Positions 48,701 through 56,345 of a stretch of 64,000 nt of DNA are shown one piece after another (the stretch's first letter is position 1; each line of letters begins with the position of its first letter). The notes beneath the pieces are model-generated. The model saw nothing but the letters and a program-made list of their open reading frames with translations. It made no database searches and was not told the DNA's origin. The position numbers and the translations under genes are program-made. The stretch lies in IMG/VR virus record IMGVR_UViG_3300027704_000010; one strand, 5' to 3'. This stretch comes from an uncultured virus (IMG/VR IMGVR_UViG_3300027704_000010). Lineage: Duplodnaviria > Heunggongvirae > Uroviricota > Caudoviricetes.

Positions 48701-51700
48701 ACATCATAAAATGTAATAGTAGAATTATGAGTACCAGCATTATTATCTATTGCAAAACCGTTTGTTCCGTCTGTCTCTAAAGCATCACTTATTAGTGTGC
48801 CGTTAATAAGCACTTCTATATGCGGATAGTTACCGTTTATAATTTGTAAGTTGTCTATTGCAATGTTACCTGCTTCCGGAGTTGCTTGACTAGTTACGTT
48901 GCCTGACTCAGGAGCAAAAGTAAATGCTAATGATCCAGATGTTGTTCTTTCAGTAGGAACAATAGTTGATCTGCTACCAGAATCGAATTCCCAATTAACA
49001 GTATTGTCTTCTTCTACGGCTACTACTGTTGTGCCATTGATATTAACAATAACGTTAGTGTTCGTTGTGGCGTTTGCAGTTTCAAAACTGTATCGCTGTC
49101 TAGGTTGGAAACGCTTAGAGCCAGTATTAAGAATAATATCTGCTGAGTTATCTAATTTTAATTTGTTTACAAGGTCATCTTTTTGTGCATCGTTGGCACT
49201 ACTTACAGTAAAGTCGTTACCTGAAAGTTGTAACTTGTAGTTAGTGGACGCCGCTGTGCCCAGTGTAAGTACTGATGCTGTAACGTTAGCGTTGGTATTA
49301 GCGTTGGTGTTAATTGCTTCTGCAACAAGTGTAACATTACTAGACGAACTGAGGTCAATGAACGATGCCGCATTTGCGGAGAAGTTATCTGTTATGCTTA
49401 TACCAGTTAACACATTAGCACTAAAGGATCCTGAGCTATCTAAGAATGCATTACTAACAGCATACGGCTTACTGAAGTAAGTTGTAATATTTGCAGTAAG
49501 TAACTGTGCCGCTACAACTGTTACACTAGGATTAATAGTATAACCATATCCTGGTTCAGTAACTGTAACATCTTTAATAGTACCGTCTGTGTTCAAGTTA
49601 ACAGTTGCTTCAGCAGTTGTTCCACCTGCGTACATAAATGATCCTGGGATCTCTGCTGGTGGTCCTTCAATTTCTAAAACAGGTACACTATAGAATTTAG
49701 TAGTTGCACCTAGTAGTTCCACTTCACTAATTACACTAACAATATCTTCCGGATAAACAATTTGTATTAATTGATTTTCGCTTGTAATTTCTGAATCTTG
49801 TATTTTAATATCTAGTCTCTGGTTGTTTTGAACGTCACCAAAATCTCCAGACTTAAGAGCCCACTCGTCGTATACTGCTATACTACCAGGAACTAATACT
49901 TTATCACTGTTAAGTAATTTTTCAATACTTGCCTTAGTACCCTTGTCTCTAATCATACCATTGTAGAAATCGAATTGGTTATCGTCTACAAGTTCAAACT
50001 CTCTTAGATATTTTCTTTCGGTGTAACCATACTGTCGTCTACTTGCTTCGTATACTTGTCTTTCAACTGGTACATGACCGATCTCATTGTATCTACCCAT
50101 GTCTTGTGCAAGTGTATCGTAGTTTGGCTTTAAGCCATCTTCAGTAATTAAGAAACCTTCACTCATTAACGAGCCTGTCCAGTTTGCTGTTCTCTTACCT
50201 TTAACTTTTAATCTTTTTTGTCTATGCCCAAACACTGTGTCGTAAATTGTATCTCCAAACACAGTCTTATTATTAATAAGCATAGCATGTTCTATACTAT
50301 TTGTATGGATAATAATTCCAAAAATCTGCGAGTTAGTTGGTGGAGTAACTTCAATAGTACTTCCTTCTCTAACAATTAAACAGTCTGTTGGTAAAATCTT
50401 TTTACCAGTTTCGTCTAATATACTAAACTGTCCTTTAAATGATTCTGCAATCTCGCTTATTCTACCTTCAATGGAAGTGAACTTAATTTTTCTTGCCATT
50501 GGACTTAGGCTTAATGTATTACCAGTTGCCCACTTACCTAAACTCCAGAATAAAAATTGCTTGCCTGAATATACCCAGTCACTAACATCATTTATTTCGT
50601 TGTTGAAGTCGTTAAAGTCGTAGCCTTGTGTTTTCTGCTTTCTTCCTAACTCAGTTAAGAACTCAAATACTTCGCCTATAGTTTTATAAACTGTGCCGTA
50701 TTCTACACGTTCTGTTACGCCAGTTCCTTCTAAGTAGTAAGTTGCTTCAGCGGCATTAACCATTGGCAATGAGCTGAGCCTTTGATAAAATTCTGTATTA
50801 GTTACTGCTGTTGCTTTTGCAACTGCACTTTTTGCCTGGTAGTAGTTGTATCCAGACTTAACAATATCGCCTGCGTTGTATGAGAGTGTAGCCCCGTAAT
50901 TTGAAAAGTCTGCTGGTTCGCCTCCAACACTTACTTCTGTACGTTGCCCTTCTTTATTAGAAGGCTCAACTTCAAAGAATCTCTTAGTACTGCTGTATCC
51001 TGAAAGTTTGTAATACCCGTCTGCTGTAAGCTCAACTATTACACCAGTGTATTGGTTTGTAGTTGTGTAAGGTCCAACGTGAACACTTACTTGAATATCT
51101 TCGTGTGGAAGAATTAAACTTGAACTATTACCTGTTATGCTGTAGCTATCGCTGAATACTGTCATAGTATCTTTGTCAACAAAGCCAGCAAACTTATGTC
51201 CTAGTTTACCGTTAACTGATTTAAACGGAGTAGCAAATTCTGTTTTGGTGTTTATACCATGGAATCGTAAGTACGAATCAATAAATTGTGTATACCCTGT
51301 GTTAGTAAGTAATGTTTTATTGTCAGCGGCAGTATTACCGTGTACAATTGCATCTTTAACTTGGTAACGTTTAAATGTTGTTTTGTCAAGTAGTTGTAAA
51401 GGGTTTGCTGAACTTCTAATAATTTTTTCTGGCTCTGCAAACACACTAGCAAACTTACCTGGCTTTGTGAGGAATAATGCTTCTGCTATTGCAAAAGGAT
51501 ATTGCTCTGACATCTTCCAAGCATTCTCTACTGGAGCTCCATCGCCAAATTTCCATTCATTAGCAACCTTTGTAACGTCACTAGTGTATGTAGTTGTCTG
51601 TGTATTAACTAATGAGTAATTCTCTGTGCCTGCTGTAGCAAATGTGCCTGCACCTAATATGTTGTTTGCAAGGTCAGTTGTAGTAAATCTAAACTTAGGA

Positions 51701-54700
51701 CCTACGGTGTACGGATATGCTGGAGCGCCAGCAGTATCTATTGTGGCAACATACGCCCATACGCCACTTGGAAACTCTGGAGTTACCATAAAGCGTCCAT
51801 TAAATTCGTCTAAGTCACCTGTTGCAGTATCGAACACATAGTCCTCTATGAACTCGCCTGTAGGTATTCCGCCTACTCCTAGTGCATAAGTATCTCTTGC
51901 GTTTGTTTTTAAACTATAACTAGATACTAAACGTTTAATATCACTAGTATCGTTTAATCTGTCTGTATATCCATATGGCCCGTAAATTGGCAAACCATCA
52001 AATGCCCAACCAATTATTGGACTATGCGTTGATGTACTCCATGCACTAAGCCCAACTGTTTTTGGACTAGGCTGTACATAACCATAGCGGTTATTTGCAT
52101 CTGGGTTTCCACCTGCTGTATCTCTGCCTACTTCGTTTCTGTACATAGCATTGTAATGCCAATTGCTAGTAGTATCAATAGTAACACCTGTGTTGCCGTT
52201 AAATACTAAACCTCCGTTAACTGCAATACCTGTATGCGTTTTAGCAGTAGTTGTGGCTGTAACAAATTGTGCCGCTGTAGATGTACTTGCATCTGAGTAA
52301 TGATTGGCGTCGGTAGCATCTGCTATAACTTTTATTGTATATTTCGATGTCTTGTCTTCTACAAAAGCAGTACTATTACTAATAGGGAATGTTCCAATAA
52401 CATGATTTAATAAGTTACTTGTTGTTACATTAATGTGCGTAGTGGTGCCGTCTGTTCTTTCGTTTATATGTAAACCGTCTGTAGTTCCTACAAACGAAGT
52501 TGCACTAGCTGTTGCTGTGCCAAGCTCTGCTTGAGTCCATACTGTGGTTCTAGTTGTGGACGCTGTGCTTGAAATATTTGCTGGTGCTAATAACTTAGCA
52601 TCTGCGTCTACTGGTAACATACTCTTTAATCCAATACGTCTGTAAGGATTATTAATTTTGTATGCTGAATTATCTACATTCTTTGTGGTGCCTTGCCTAA
52701 TGATACCGTTTTCAATATCACTCCACATTGGTTTGTTGCCACTACCATAATTAGTATTTGTTGTTGTAATATATTGAGTGTCCCACCAGCTTGGCTTTTT
52801 AACAAGTCCCAACATTTCCCATGGATGCGTATGTGGTCTAGCAGTATCAAAACTATCTTCAAAAATGCCTCTCCAGTACCCAGCGTTTGCTGTGCCTGAG
52901 TTATAGTTCCATGTAAACGGTTTATCAACATCGTAATATTCGTTTTCAACAAAGTCCGCTTCGTTTCTTGCAATAAATTTGTTAAAGTTTTCTCTTAAAA
53001 TGTTGTAGTATGCAGTTCTAGAAATACCAGTATTTCTAAATGTTCCTGGTCTAATATCGTGTACATTTAAATCTGGATAATTTAGTTTGTCTCTATAAAC
53101 TTGTTGTACGCTGTTGTAAACTCTCTTTTCAAATTCTAATAAAATTTCATCTTGCTTATCGTTGTCTGCAACTGTTCTACTGCCGTCATGTCCAACTATA
53201 ACGTTAATTGCTTCTGCAAATGATGTATCAGACATAATTTTTGGTAACTGTACAGGTGTAATACCCATAGCAGATGTAGTTGGAGGACATTGAGCACTTT
53301 CTCTATTTTTGTTAAAGAATCTAACTTTAATAGTATTGCCTAATGTTAACGTATATTCTGTTGTAAATGATAGAGTACACACGCCGAGTTTGCCAGCCAT
53401 TGTATAATCTTTATCTATTAATAATAATACATCATTGCCTTTAGCATCTTGATCATAAACATGAATAGCATTTTCTATTTTATCTAAATTTAAGAAGTTA
53501 GATAGTGTGTATTCTTTTTGTACAATATTATTAATAAGAAGTAATTCTTCATCATACCTGTCGCCTAATGCTAACATGTAACTGTAGTCAAATACTAGTT
53601 TACCTGGATTGTATGCTATGACGTTTTGTAGAACGTCTTCCAATATTGCATGGTCTGTCATTACTGTTGTATCGTTAGCATCGATATAGCGTTTAATTTC
53701 TTTCTTTAATCTGTTTTTATATTTTAGATACTCATCGCCGTTAAACTTCATTGCATCTACAATGTTAAATTTATCGTTGCTTACAAGGAATCCTGCCATC
53801 TGCAAATCGTCGTCTGTTTGCACAATTTTGTTTGCAAGAGTTTTATCGTCATCTAGGCTAGCAAAATTGTTATCACCTAAAGCATTACCAACTATGTTAG
53901 TTTGCTCTTGGATATAGTCCTTAACATGTTCTAAATACTGCGGTTCACTAATAGTTAATACATCAGATTTTTCAGTATTAGCATACCAGCCTAACGGTAA
54001 TTCATATCGCCCGGTTCGTTTCTTGTCTTGTATTATTCCAGTAGTTGTTGGAGTAGTAATTCTAATAGTATCATTCTTTACTACATTGAATGTTGTAAAC
54101 TCTATTGCTTTTAACGTAGTGTTGTATGTCCAGTCTGCTCTACGAATTCCATTTACTTTTACTCTAATTTTAGTAGCATCAGACGGTACAGTAGTAAGGT
54201 TCCAGAGTGTGCGTTTATTGTCGATGTCAAGTTGCGATACTTCAAAATCGTCTTCCACTTTCTGTTTAAATGAGTCTTTATGTCCACGCCATGCTGTGTC
54301 GTAAGTAATTACTCCGTCAGTATCTGTCTTCTTATAATAACTATAACCTTTTACAAAGCTAGTAGTTGTGCCGCCGAAAGGTGTGTAACTAATTACATCA
54401 CTAGACATGTTATTATCAAACACAATTTCACTAAAGTTATTAAAGTTTTTATATTCTAATGGGAATCCTAATACACTGTCGTTAGTTGAACTAGTAAGTG
54501 CGTCCTTATAGGAAAATAACTTAGTTCCTTTGAATGATGAACTTGGATACGTTACTTCGTTGCCAACAGATTTTTTACTAGAGTCGTATGCCGCAAATAA
54601 TGGCGCTGAATTAACTTTTGTCTTTCTTTGACCAACAATCCATTTTGTTCCAGACCAGTAGTATTCTTTACCTTGATGTTGCACTCCAAACAGAACAGCT

Positions 54701-56337
54701 ACAATGTCGCCTGTTACTGGAGTCCACGGAACAAAGTTTGAGTCGCCGTCAACTGCTCCAACTGGATTAGTTGTTGGATGTGGCATCCTTGTTAATTTTA
54801 TTCTGTTATTAAAAGTTAATGCTACACCGTCTGCAATAGTTTCTGCTTGACTTAATGTAATAGTAAGTGTGCTAGTATTAATTGTTTTTACTGTTGTATC
54901 GACACCACTAATGCCTGTGCCTTTAACTAAAGCACCAACGTAAACATCTGCCATACTATCTAGTACAACAGTAGTGGAACTAGAAACAGCACCGTTAACA
55001 GTTTGTGTTTGCGTATCCTCTACAACATAAATGTATTTTGATATGGTTGCATCTTCGTCTGGTAATAGCAGTTTGTTAGCAAGTTTTAATCCTTGATTAT
55101 CTAGTAAAGCACTAACGGCTCTGCCTTGCACTTCATTTTTAGTATAGCCTGTGCCACTTAAATCAGCACTGAATGTTGTTCCTTTACTTCCAAAGTTATA
55201 TAATTCTAAATTTCTATCAAATTCTAGGATCGGTCTTTTTGCTCTGTAAGCCTTATCAGGCAATGCAGTAGCCGATTCTGTAAATCTGTCCTTGTGATGC
55301 CAAAAGTTAATCCTACTCCAAGTATTGTTATCTTCAGCGGCCCTTTGCATAATCAAGTAGTCGGGTACTATCTGGGTGTTGCCGCCATCCCATGGATCAG
55401 CATCAAAGCCTGCAGTACCTGTGTTCATGTATGAAAGAAACTTGCCAGTGCCTGTAACATATCCTTTCCAGTAAGTTTCACCAGTTAATGTTATATCATC
55501 TAATCCAATAAAGAATTCGTTGTCAATTTTCTTTCCTAGTGCGTCATAGTATTGTCTAGCAGTGCCGTTGTCTTCTAATAATAATGCGGCGGCTGTAATT
55601 GCACCTGATGGTATGTTAGATGCTATAAGCGTTGATTCCGCCGTTATAACTTCATCGTCCCACGGCGTAAATGCTGGTGTTGAAAATATAGCACTAAAGT
55701 TTTGATCCTTAGCATATAACACTATGCTATCGCCTACACCTTCTACGATGTATCTGATTCCTAAGTACGTTGCTGGAATAACATGTGTGCCTGCAAATTC
55801 TATAACAGCGCCGTTTTTAAGTTCTATGCCATTAGGTGAAGTATAAAACTTCTTGCCTATTATATCTTTTAAAACATTAATAGTTGTTGCACTAGTTCCG
55901 TTAACTGTAATCTTGTTTGGGCCGTCTGTGCTCCAGAAATATTCCTGGAAGTTAACTAGCTTGTCGTAATCAATTGGAGGTAAAAAACTATAAAAATTTG
56001 TGTCAAACAATACATTTTCGTTTTTAGTATCTACGCCATAACTCGATAATTGGTTAACAAAGTCTTCGTAGAATAATACATTTGTTGCTTCGCCGGTAGA
56101 TCCATCAATTGTGTTTACTACTGGCTCTAAACTGTATTTTTGTCTGCTTGGATTTGGTTCAACAATGTAGTGGTCTTGGCTGGAGTTAAATTGATCTGGC
56201 TCCTTACGTCCAATGTATGCGGAAATTGTTTCAATGTTACTTTTACTGAATAACTGTTCTACGGTACTTTCAAAAAAGTTCTTTAATACCGTGGTCTGTA
56301 ATGCACCGGGTAACTTACTTATTTGCTTATCAGCCAT
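39739..56337 (-). CDS. giant (5532 aa) virion structural/baseplate protein with internal YHYH-like domain
   Basis: Uninterrupted 16.6-kb ORF in the baseplate operon. N-terminal PPIDYDKLVNFQEYFW; HSPIIGWAFDGLPIYGPYGY...GDLDEFNGRF..TPEFP; G[SY]GY beta-repeats; EYFNEVKPYSSKIR; C-terminal I.SERIEY...RGTRGT. Confidence 0.8.
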   Translation of the reverse strand: MADKQISKLPGALQTTVLKNFFESTVEQLFSKSNIETISAYIGRKEPDQFNSSQDHYIVEPNPSRQKYSLEPVVNTIDGSTGEATNVLFYEDFVNQLSSYGVDTKNENVLFDTNFYSFLPPIDYDKLVNFQEYFWSTDGPNKITVNGTSATTINVLKDIIGKKFYTSPNGIELKNGAVIEFAGTHVIPATYLGIRYIVEGVGDSIVLYAKDQNFSAIFSTPAFTPWDDEVITAESTLIASNIPSGAITAAALLLEDNGTARQYYDALGKKIDNEFFIGLDDITLTGETYWKGYVTGTGKFLSYMNTGTAGFDADPWDGGNTQIVPDYLIMQRAAEDNNTWSRINFWHHKDRFTESATALPDKAYRAKRPILEFDRNLELYNFGSKGTTFSADLSGTGYTKNEVQGRAVSALLDNQGLKLANKLLLPDEDATISKYIYVVEDTQTQTVNGAVSSSTTVVLDSMADVYVGALVKGTGISGVDTTVKTINTSTLTITLSQAETIADGVALTFNNRIKLTRMPHPTTNPVGAVDGDSNFVPWTPVTGDIVAVLFGVQHQGKEYYWSGTKWIVGQRKTKVNSAPLFAAYDSSKKSVGNEVTYPSSSFKGTKLFSYKDALTSSTNDSVLGFPLEYKNFNNFSEIVFDNNMSSDVISYTPFGGTTTSFVKGYSYYKKTDTDGVITYDTAWRGHKDSFKQKVEDDFEVSQLDIDNKRTLWNLTTVPSDATKIRVKVNGIRRADWTYNTTLKAIEFTTFNVVKNDTIRITTPTTTGIIQDKKRTGRYELPLGWYANTEKSDVLTISEPQYLEHVKDYIQEQTNIVGNALGDNNFASLDDDKTLANKIVQTDDDLQMAGFLVSNDKFNIVDAMKFNGDEYLKYKNRLKKEIKRYIDANDTTVMTDHAILEDVLQNVIAYNPGKLVFDYSYMLALGDRYDEELLLINNIVQKEYTLSNFLNLDKIENAIHVYDQDAKGNDVLLLIDKDYTMAGKLGVCTLSFTTEYTLTLGNTIKVRFFNKNRESAQCPPTTSAMGITPVQLPKIMSDTSFAEAINVIVGHDGSRTVADNDKQDEILLEFEKRVYNSVQQVYRDKLNYPDLNVHDIRPGTFRNTGISRTAYYNILRENFNKFIARNEADFVENEYYDVDKPFTWNYNSGTANAGYWRGIFEDSFDTARPHTHPWEMLGLVKKPSWWDTQYITTTNTNYGSGNKPMWSDIENGIIRQGTTKNVDNSAYKINNPYRRIGLKSMLPVDADAKLLAPANISSTASTTRTTVWTQAELGTATASATSFVGTTDGLHINERTDGTTTHINVTTSNLLNHVIGTFPISNSTAFVEDKTSKYTIKVIADATDANHYSDASTSTAAQFVTATTTAKTHTGIAVNGGLVFNGNTGVTIDTTSNWHYNAMYRNEVGRDTAGGNPDANNRYGYVQPSPKTVGLSAWSTSTHSPIIGWAFDGLPIYGPYGYTDRLNDTSDIKRLVSSYSLKTNARDTYALGVGGIPTGEFIEDYVFDTATGDLDEFNGRFMVTPEFPSGVWAYVATIDTAGAPAYPYTVGPKFRFTTTDLANNILGAGTFATAGTENYSLVNTQTTTYTSDVTKVANEWKFGDGAPVENAWKMSEQYPFAIAEALFLTKPGKFASVFAEPEKIIRSSANPLQLLDKTTFKRYQVKDAIVHGNTAADNKTLLTNTGYTQFIDSYLRFHGINTKTEFATPFKSVNGKLGHKFAGFVDKDTMTVFSDSYSITGNSSSLILPHEDIQVSVHVGPYTTTNQYTGVIVELTADGYYKLSGYSSTKRFFEVEPSNKEGQRTEVSVGGEPADFSNYGATLSYNAGDIVKSGYNYYQAKSAVAKATAVTNTEFYQRLSSLPMVNAAEATYYLEGTGVTERVEYGTVYKTIGEVFEFLTELGRKQKTQGYDFNDFNNEINDVSDWVYSGKQFLFWSLGKWATGNTLSLSPMARKIKFTSIEGRISEIAESFKGQFSILDETGKKILPTDCLIVREGSTIEVTPPTNSQIFGIIIHTNSIEHAMLINNKTVFGDTIYDTVFGHRQKRLKVKGKRTANWTGSLMSEGFLITEDGLKPNYDTLAQDMGRYNEIGHVPVERQVYEASRRQYGYTERKYLREFELVDDNQFDFYNGMIRDKGTKASIEKLLNSDKVLVPGSIAVYDEWALKSGDFGDVQNNQRLDIKIQDSEITSENQLIQIVYPEDIVSVISEVELLGATTKFYSVPVLEIEGPPAEIPGSFMYAGGTTAEATVNLNTDGTIKDVTVTEPGYGYTINPSVTVVAAQLLTANITTYFSKPYAVSNAFLDSSGSFSANVLTGISITDNFSANAASFIDLSSSSNVTLVAEAINTNANTNANVTASVLTLGTAASTNYKLQLSGNDFTVSSANDAQKDDLVNKLKLDNSADIILNTGSKRFQPRQRYSFETANATTNTNVIVNINGTTVVAVEEDNTVNWEFDSGSRSTIVPTERTTSGSLAFTFAPESGNVTSQATPEAGNIAIDNLQIINGNYPHIEVLINGTLISDALETDGTNGFAIDNNAGTHNSTITFYDVTKLPGGELNENTPITIIERATVDFAEAYQGDLPGSTLNIKVKAEDALAARLKQQRTLEITPDDLSDSTILIDVDDSTRFIHRPTDMKTKDLWPTTKNVDFTGITDSKYTPLPNAGYISSYNVAYQAMNLNDFTGLFDIDSRPANKIPQENDVVHFAVSEHSDFNAYKLVQPTGFDATSNVAYIKFNDNLGTTMLYTDISLDAYANSNYLTDEANITNYYDNVIALKREGIALDSYYANIELADGDKMFDNTIMEVNTPVGYFLNEDQVVKNSVTISGIGYKEPLRLLIEKIEPTVSGNVSAVNYYINTSETFALDANVGTSNTVNLTYTGTTSMNDFEEGSYITFTDSSTGALNGNTYKASNVTVSPSTMATTLVDTTDTGIYSTTINGALSSATTIIITAGDNTIQVGHVVSGSGIPANTKVTAITDAVTMVVDTAVTMSNGATIQFSKRTNNYSTANSIITTFTVTESTFSSNVSSSALSLAVNNGLVFTTDMNTSTVANLGVVKINNAGYYSGVYRVVGKSATTISVYGDFVEPTSVVVSVGTTSGSTTATIASPNAVVTSGMLVSGAGITGGTTVAEVTVTGVVLSQNATATGTASLTFQDNAFGNATMMTDQVEVTLEEAHTLDTDGTDTIVNKVINIVDMEPNYYNWAWKVESVPSSTVIRLEGFGFDHPYATGGIRYVSEKEYKVHGTDTLPTTGGADSEAYLISKHDGDIMVNGAKVATAFPMHTSQEYADEINRQMAIKSGALVQCDSMYMSLTGITGIMNQVNKLMRGGSASKGGTPYFQQGGAGMGGAGKPNSSIGHSLPVLPFVSGTPLVNNIIPNITTQNPIPSAVGRGVAYNTLQQQLVHTGLGYPQMPSNPPAPGVSIPVIANPIPTPPPNKGWPFTDPAGNPLPPQPIQTIVPPSTISKGQTGPGASVATTGTTVVDWTPLISLTQHDDPCPPPPPVPPKPPVPPVTSVFVNEMNTQGRGQTETFKYKFAEDTSQTYPVRILFDMYSAKDRLTVYQSTHAGSTGSKIAGTGVASTLSPIDKVDIHAWSGVKWQISAGMTPWQQNNVGPGQLLNQGYSEHGNGFVKENGKISFTYDASKGRYITITLDKDSKTSTAFKYYMEHPADDVNGAGYPSKGSVGVGNPPPNGNQNTNLVTLANQTQIHGFPLYPPIAGMAHNFIGGYSNSRLNVGQNMVHLGGSGGYGGMGSINLPIYKTYPINQAPSGVPQFGVNGNMTSGAIFGGTGLVSGVGLNQKQNNTASTSYLSLTALQKNSTSGTVAPVSGTVNVPICKPKARVKICGQTKMVGAGDSFFINGDSILLSGSTKLTAIKKEILSQTTSVNVLITVDSATKEKCLMIRNKLSDPMIIRNGCAGGIYKEVLDYSIKQDNQVCFNKETTVTPTTTGAGATRHTVSGTSSTLDVATHVTSYTTNTVTAEQNRQALVKSSICITAGTGYEVGAIMRLMGGTPVVSQGVSPIEEFTVNNPGSGYLTNGMATPITFKIGQRGEPGGGALVDYDAITYDSNGGIVSVGLKLGGSGYSIDNPPTITVRGQGRDAEVSARLKPGPVMERPAKFVITGVDGYGGITDIQVIDRGIYKIFPSDLDAGVPIQYDIKRKTTGVSDSDTLGTLNKPGAGSGGRVFLTARDIPSCSEAGNALNDLGLPNGMILPRSPLGQLADDITLWSPLDENGDPWFGADEVQYGPDGRPLNPDGDNNGDGRNGSRGLGGAGGTGDGGDGDLASFGELLMGGPNISGIRLGDELNPGLLQLLGITDGDYVCGTYPNFENIDSTGIDPQLDVTGSALTGANSTAGLLGRGGGWQGNLPWTQGFTLGMGLGNASTIANLYEYELRGVDGTSPVVFTNTNLTRQDVKPLLLQSMRYDTEAGLTLADHANVWIDNYGGNGWAYLESGTVIRKQETLTDIAFIDDVITYDADTAVKEFDINLYDPFKGIIPGFIDKDITYKVENDPIVYDPAYTKFGEEQVGQTWWDTSKVRYNWYEQGKGTYGQFAYNNMQRNNDWGSKFPGSEIVIYEWTRNTVPPIEYAGPGTAIDSGAYIDEKAINKRGKTITSYYYWVRGISEVSNDAMMKYNRNKSTQELEQLLDNPEGNRMPYFALVSPEAMTINKLGDLIKTEDSIVSLNFRRKESGLSQKHTSWTLAGEGNTNATIPHNLSIKVMDSLAGYNAINEIVPVAGLSEGERYGSQFRPRQTMFKDILAARKQMFETMNDIFSELQMDTVFTDWRVGLPTSIPHLITSNWFKLLRTNKVKNTKIYYNEDYRPLRRVKTEKQLKLIKNLLDKSIIQVQDTATSKYKLFEYTKTDNKFTLIAMENETVQWNKKVYTDKQQLEIGKEIRQILHHLYTKVFIGTHKLYWNKLFFSMVKFAIGEQIELSWAFKSTYLNVQKEETDLIQFKGLKVDNFSKAVEYFNEVKPYSSKIRNYRDIKKAPVEILKGSTSDFDRPPYFDEDATSVRILDASITADATILNSDTAYAGFVSSNAPVRKINTKIIIDRVNSDLYQNSLTTKTQRVIASSNLTEVPFNFIPYITDASDVSSLTVRHNDVVVPNVSASTLLAGAVTNWTYNIADNKIEFNKAYTDNPTLGGIQVGDVLDFESVHGFNPAKETLKESIAKNIISIEGTTEAAMGNTSVNWRASDREFKFNTHIRTAFVHAMDSAHGTGAGANTTITTNKAIMTNMVNDGNLNYTLSLVKTAVGGDFNGEILDANVFMDIVPGTHPTTFYTNTRGFDFFAWDEEVWDKDVTVNNFHGVFDTDSQGAVNYRVNNETVYGFDAVTFTKSGYGPDRPEELIVIQPFETLVMNVYTSNVSHGNIAIGTASSKPVRHTVFMDLFGRTDFYRSSTSGLTTVTAIVNEWDTTITVADADVLPNASASNKGVIWINSERIEYTGIDSISNKLLGIIRGTRGTTANPIIAVSSKVYNGEETQNIKLAGYRDPQDLNWLADDSDSSYVTTSLSDTSGSTDVNSIVGFIQGT

Positions 56338-56345
56338 GTTTTTTC

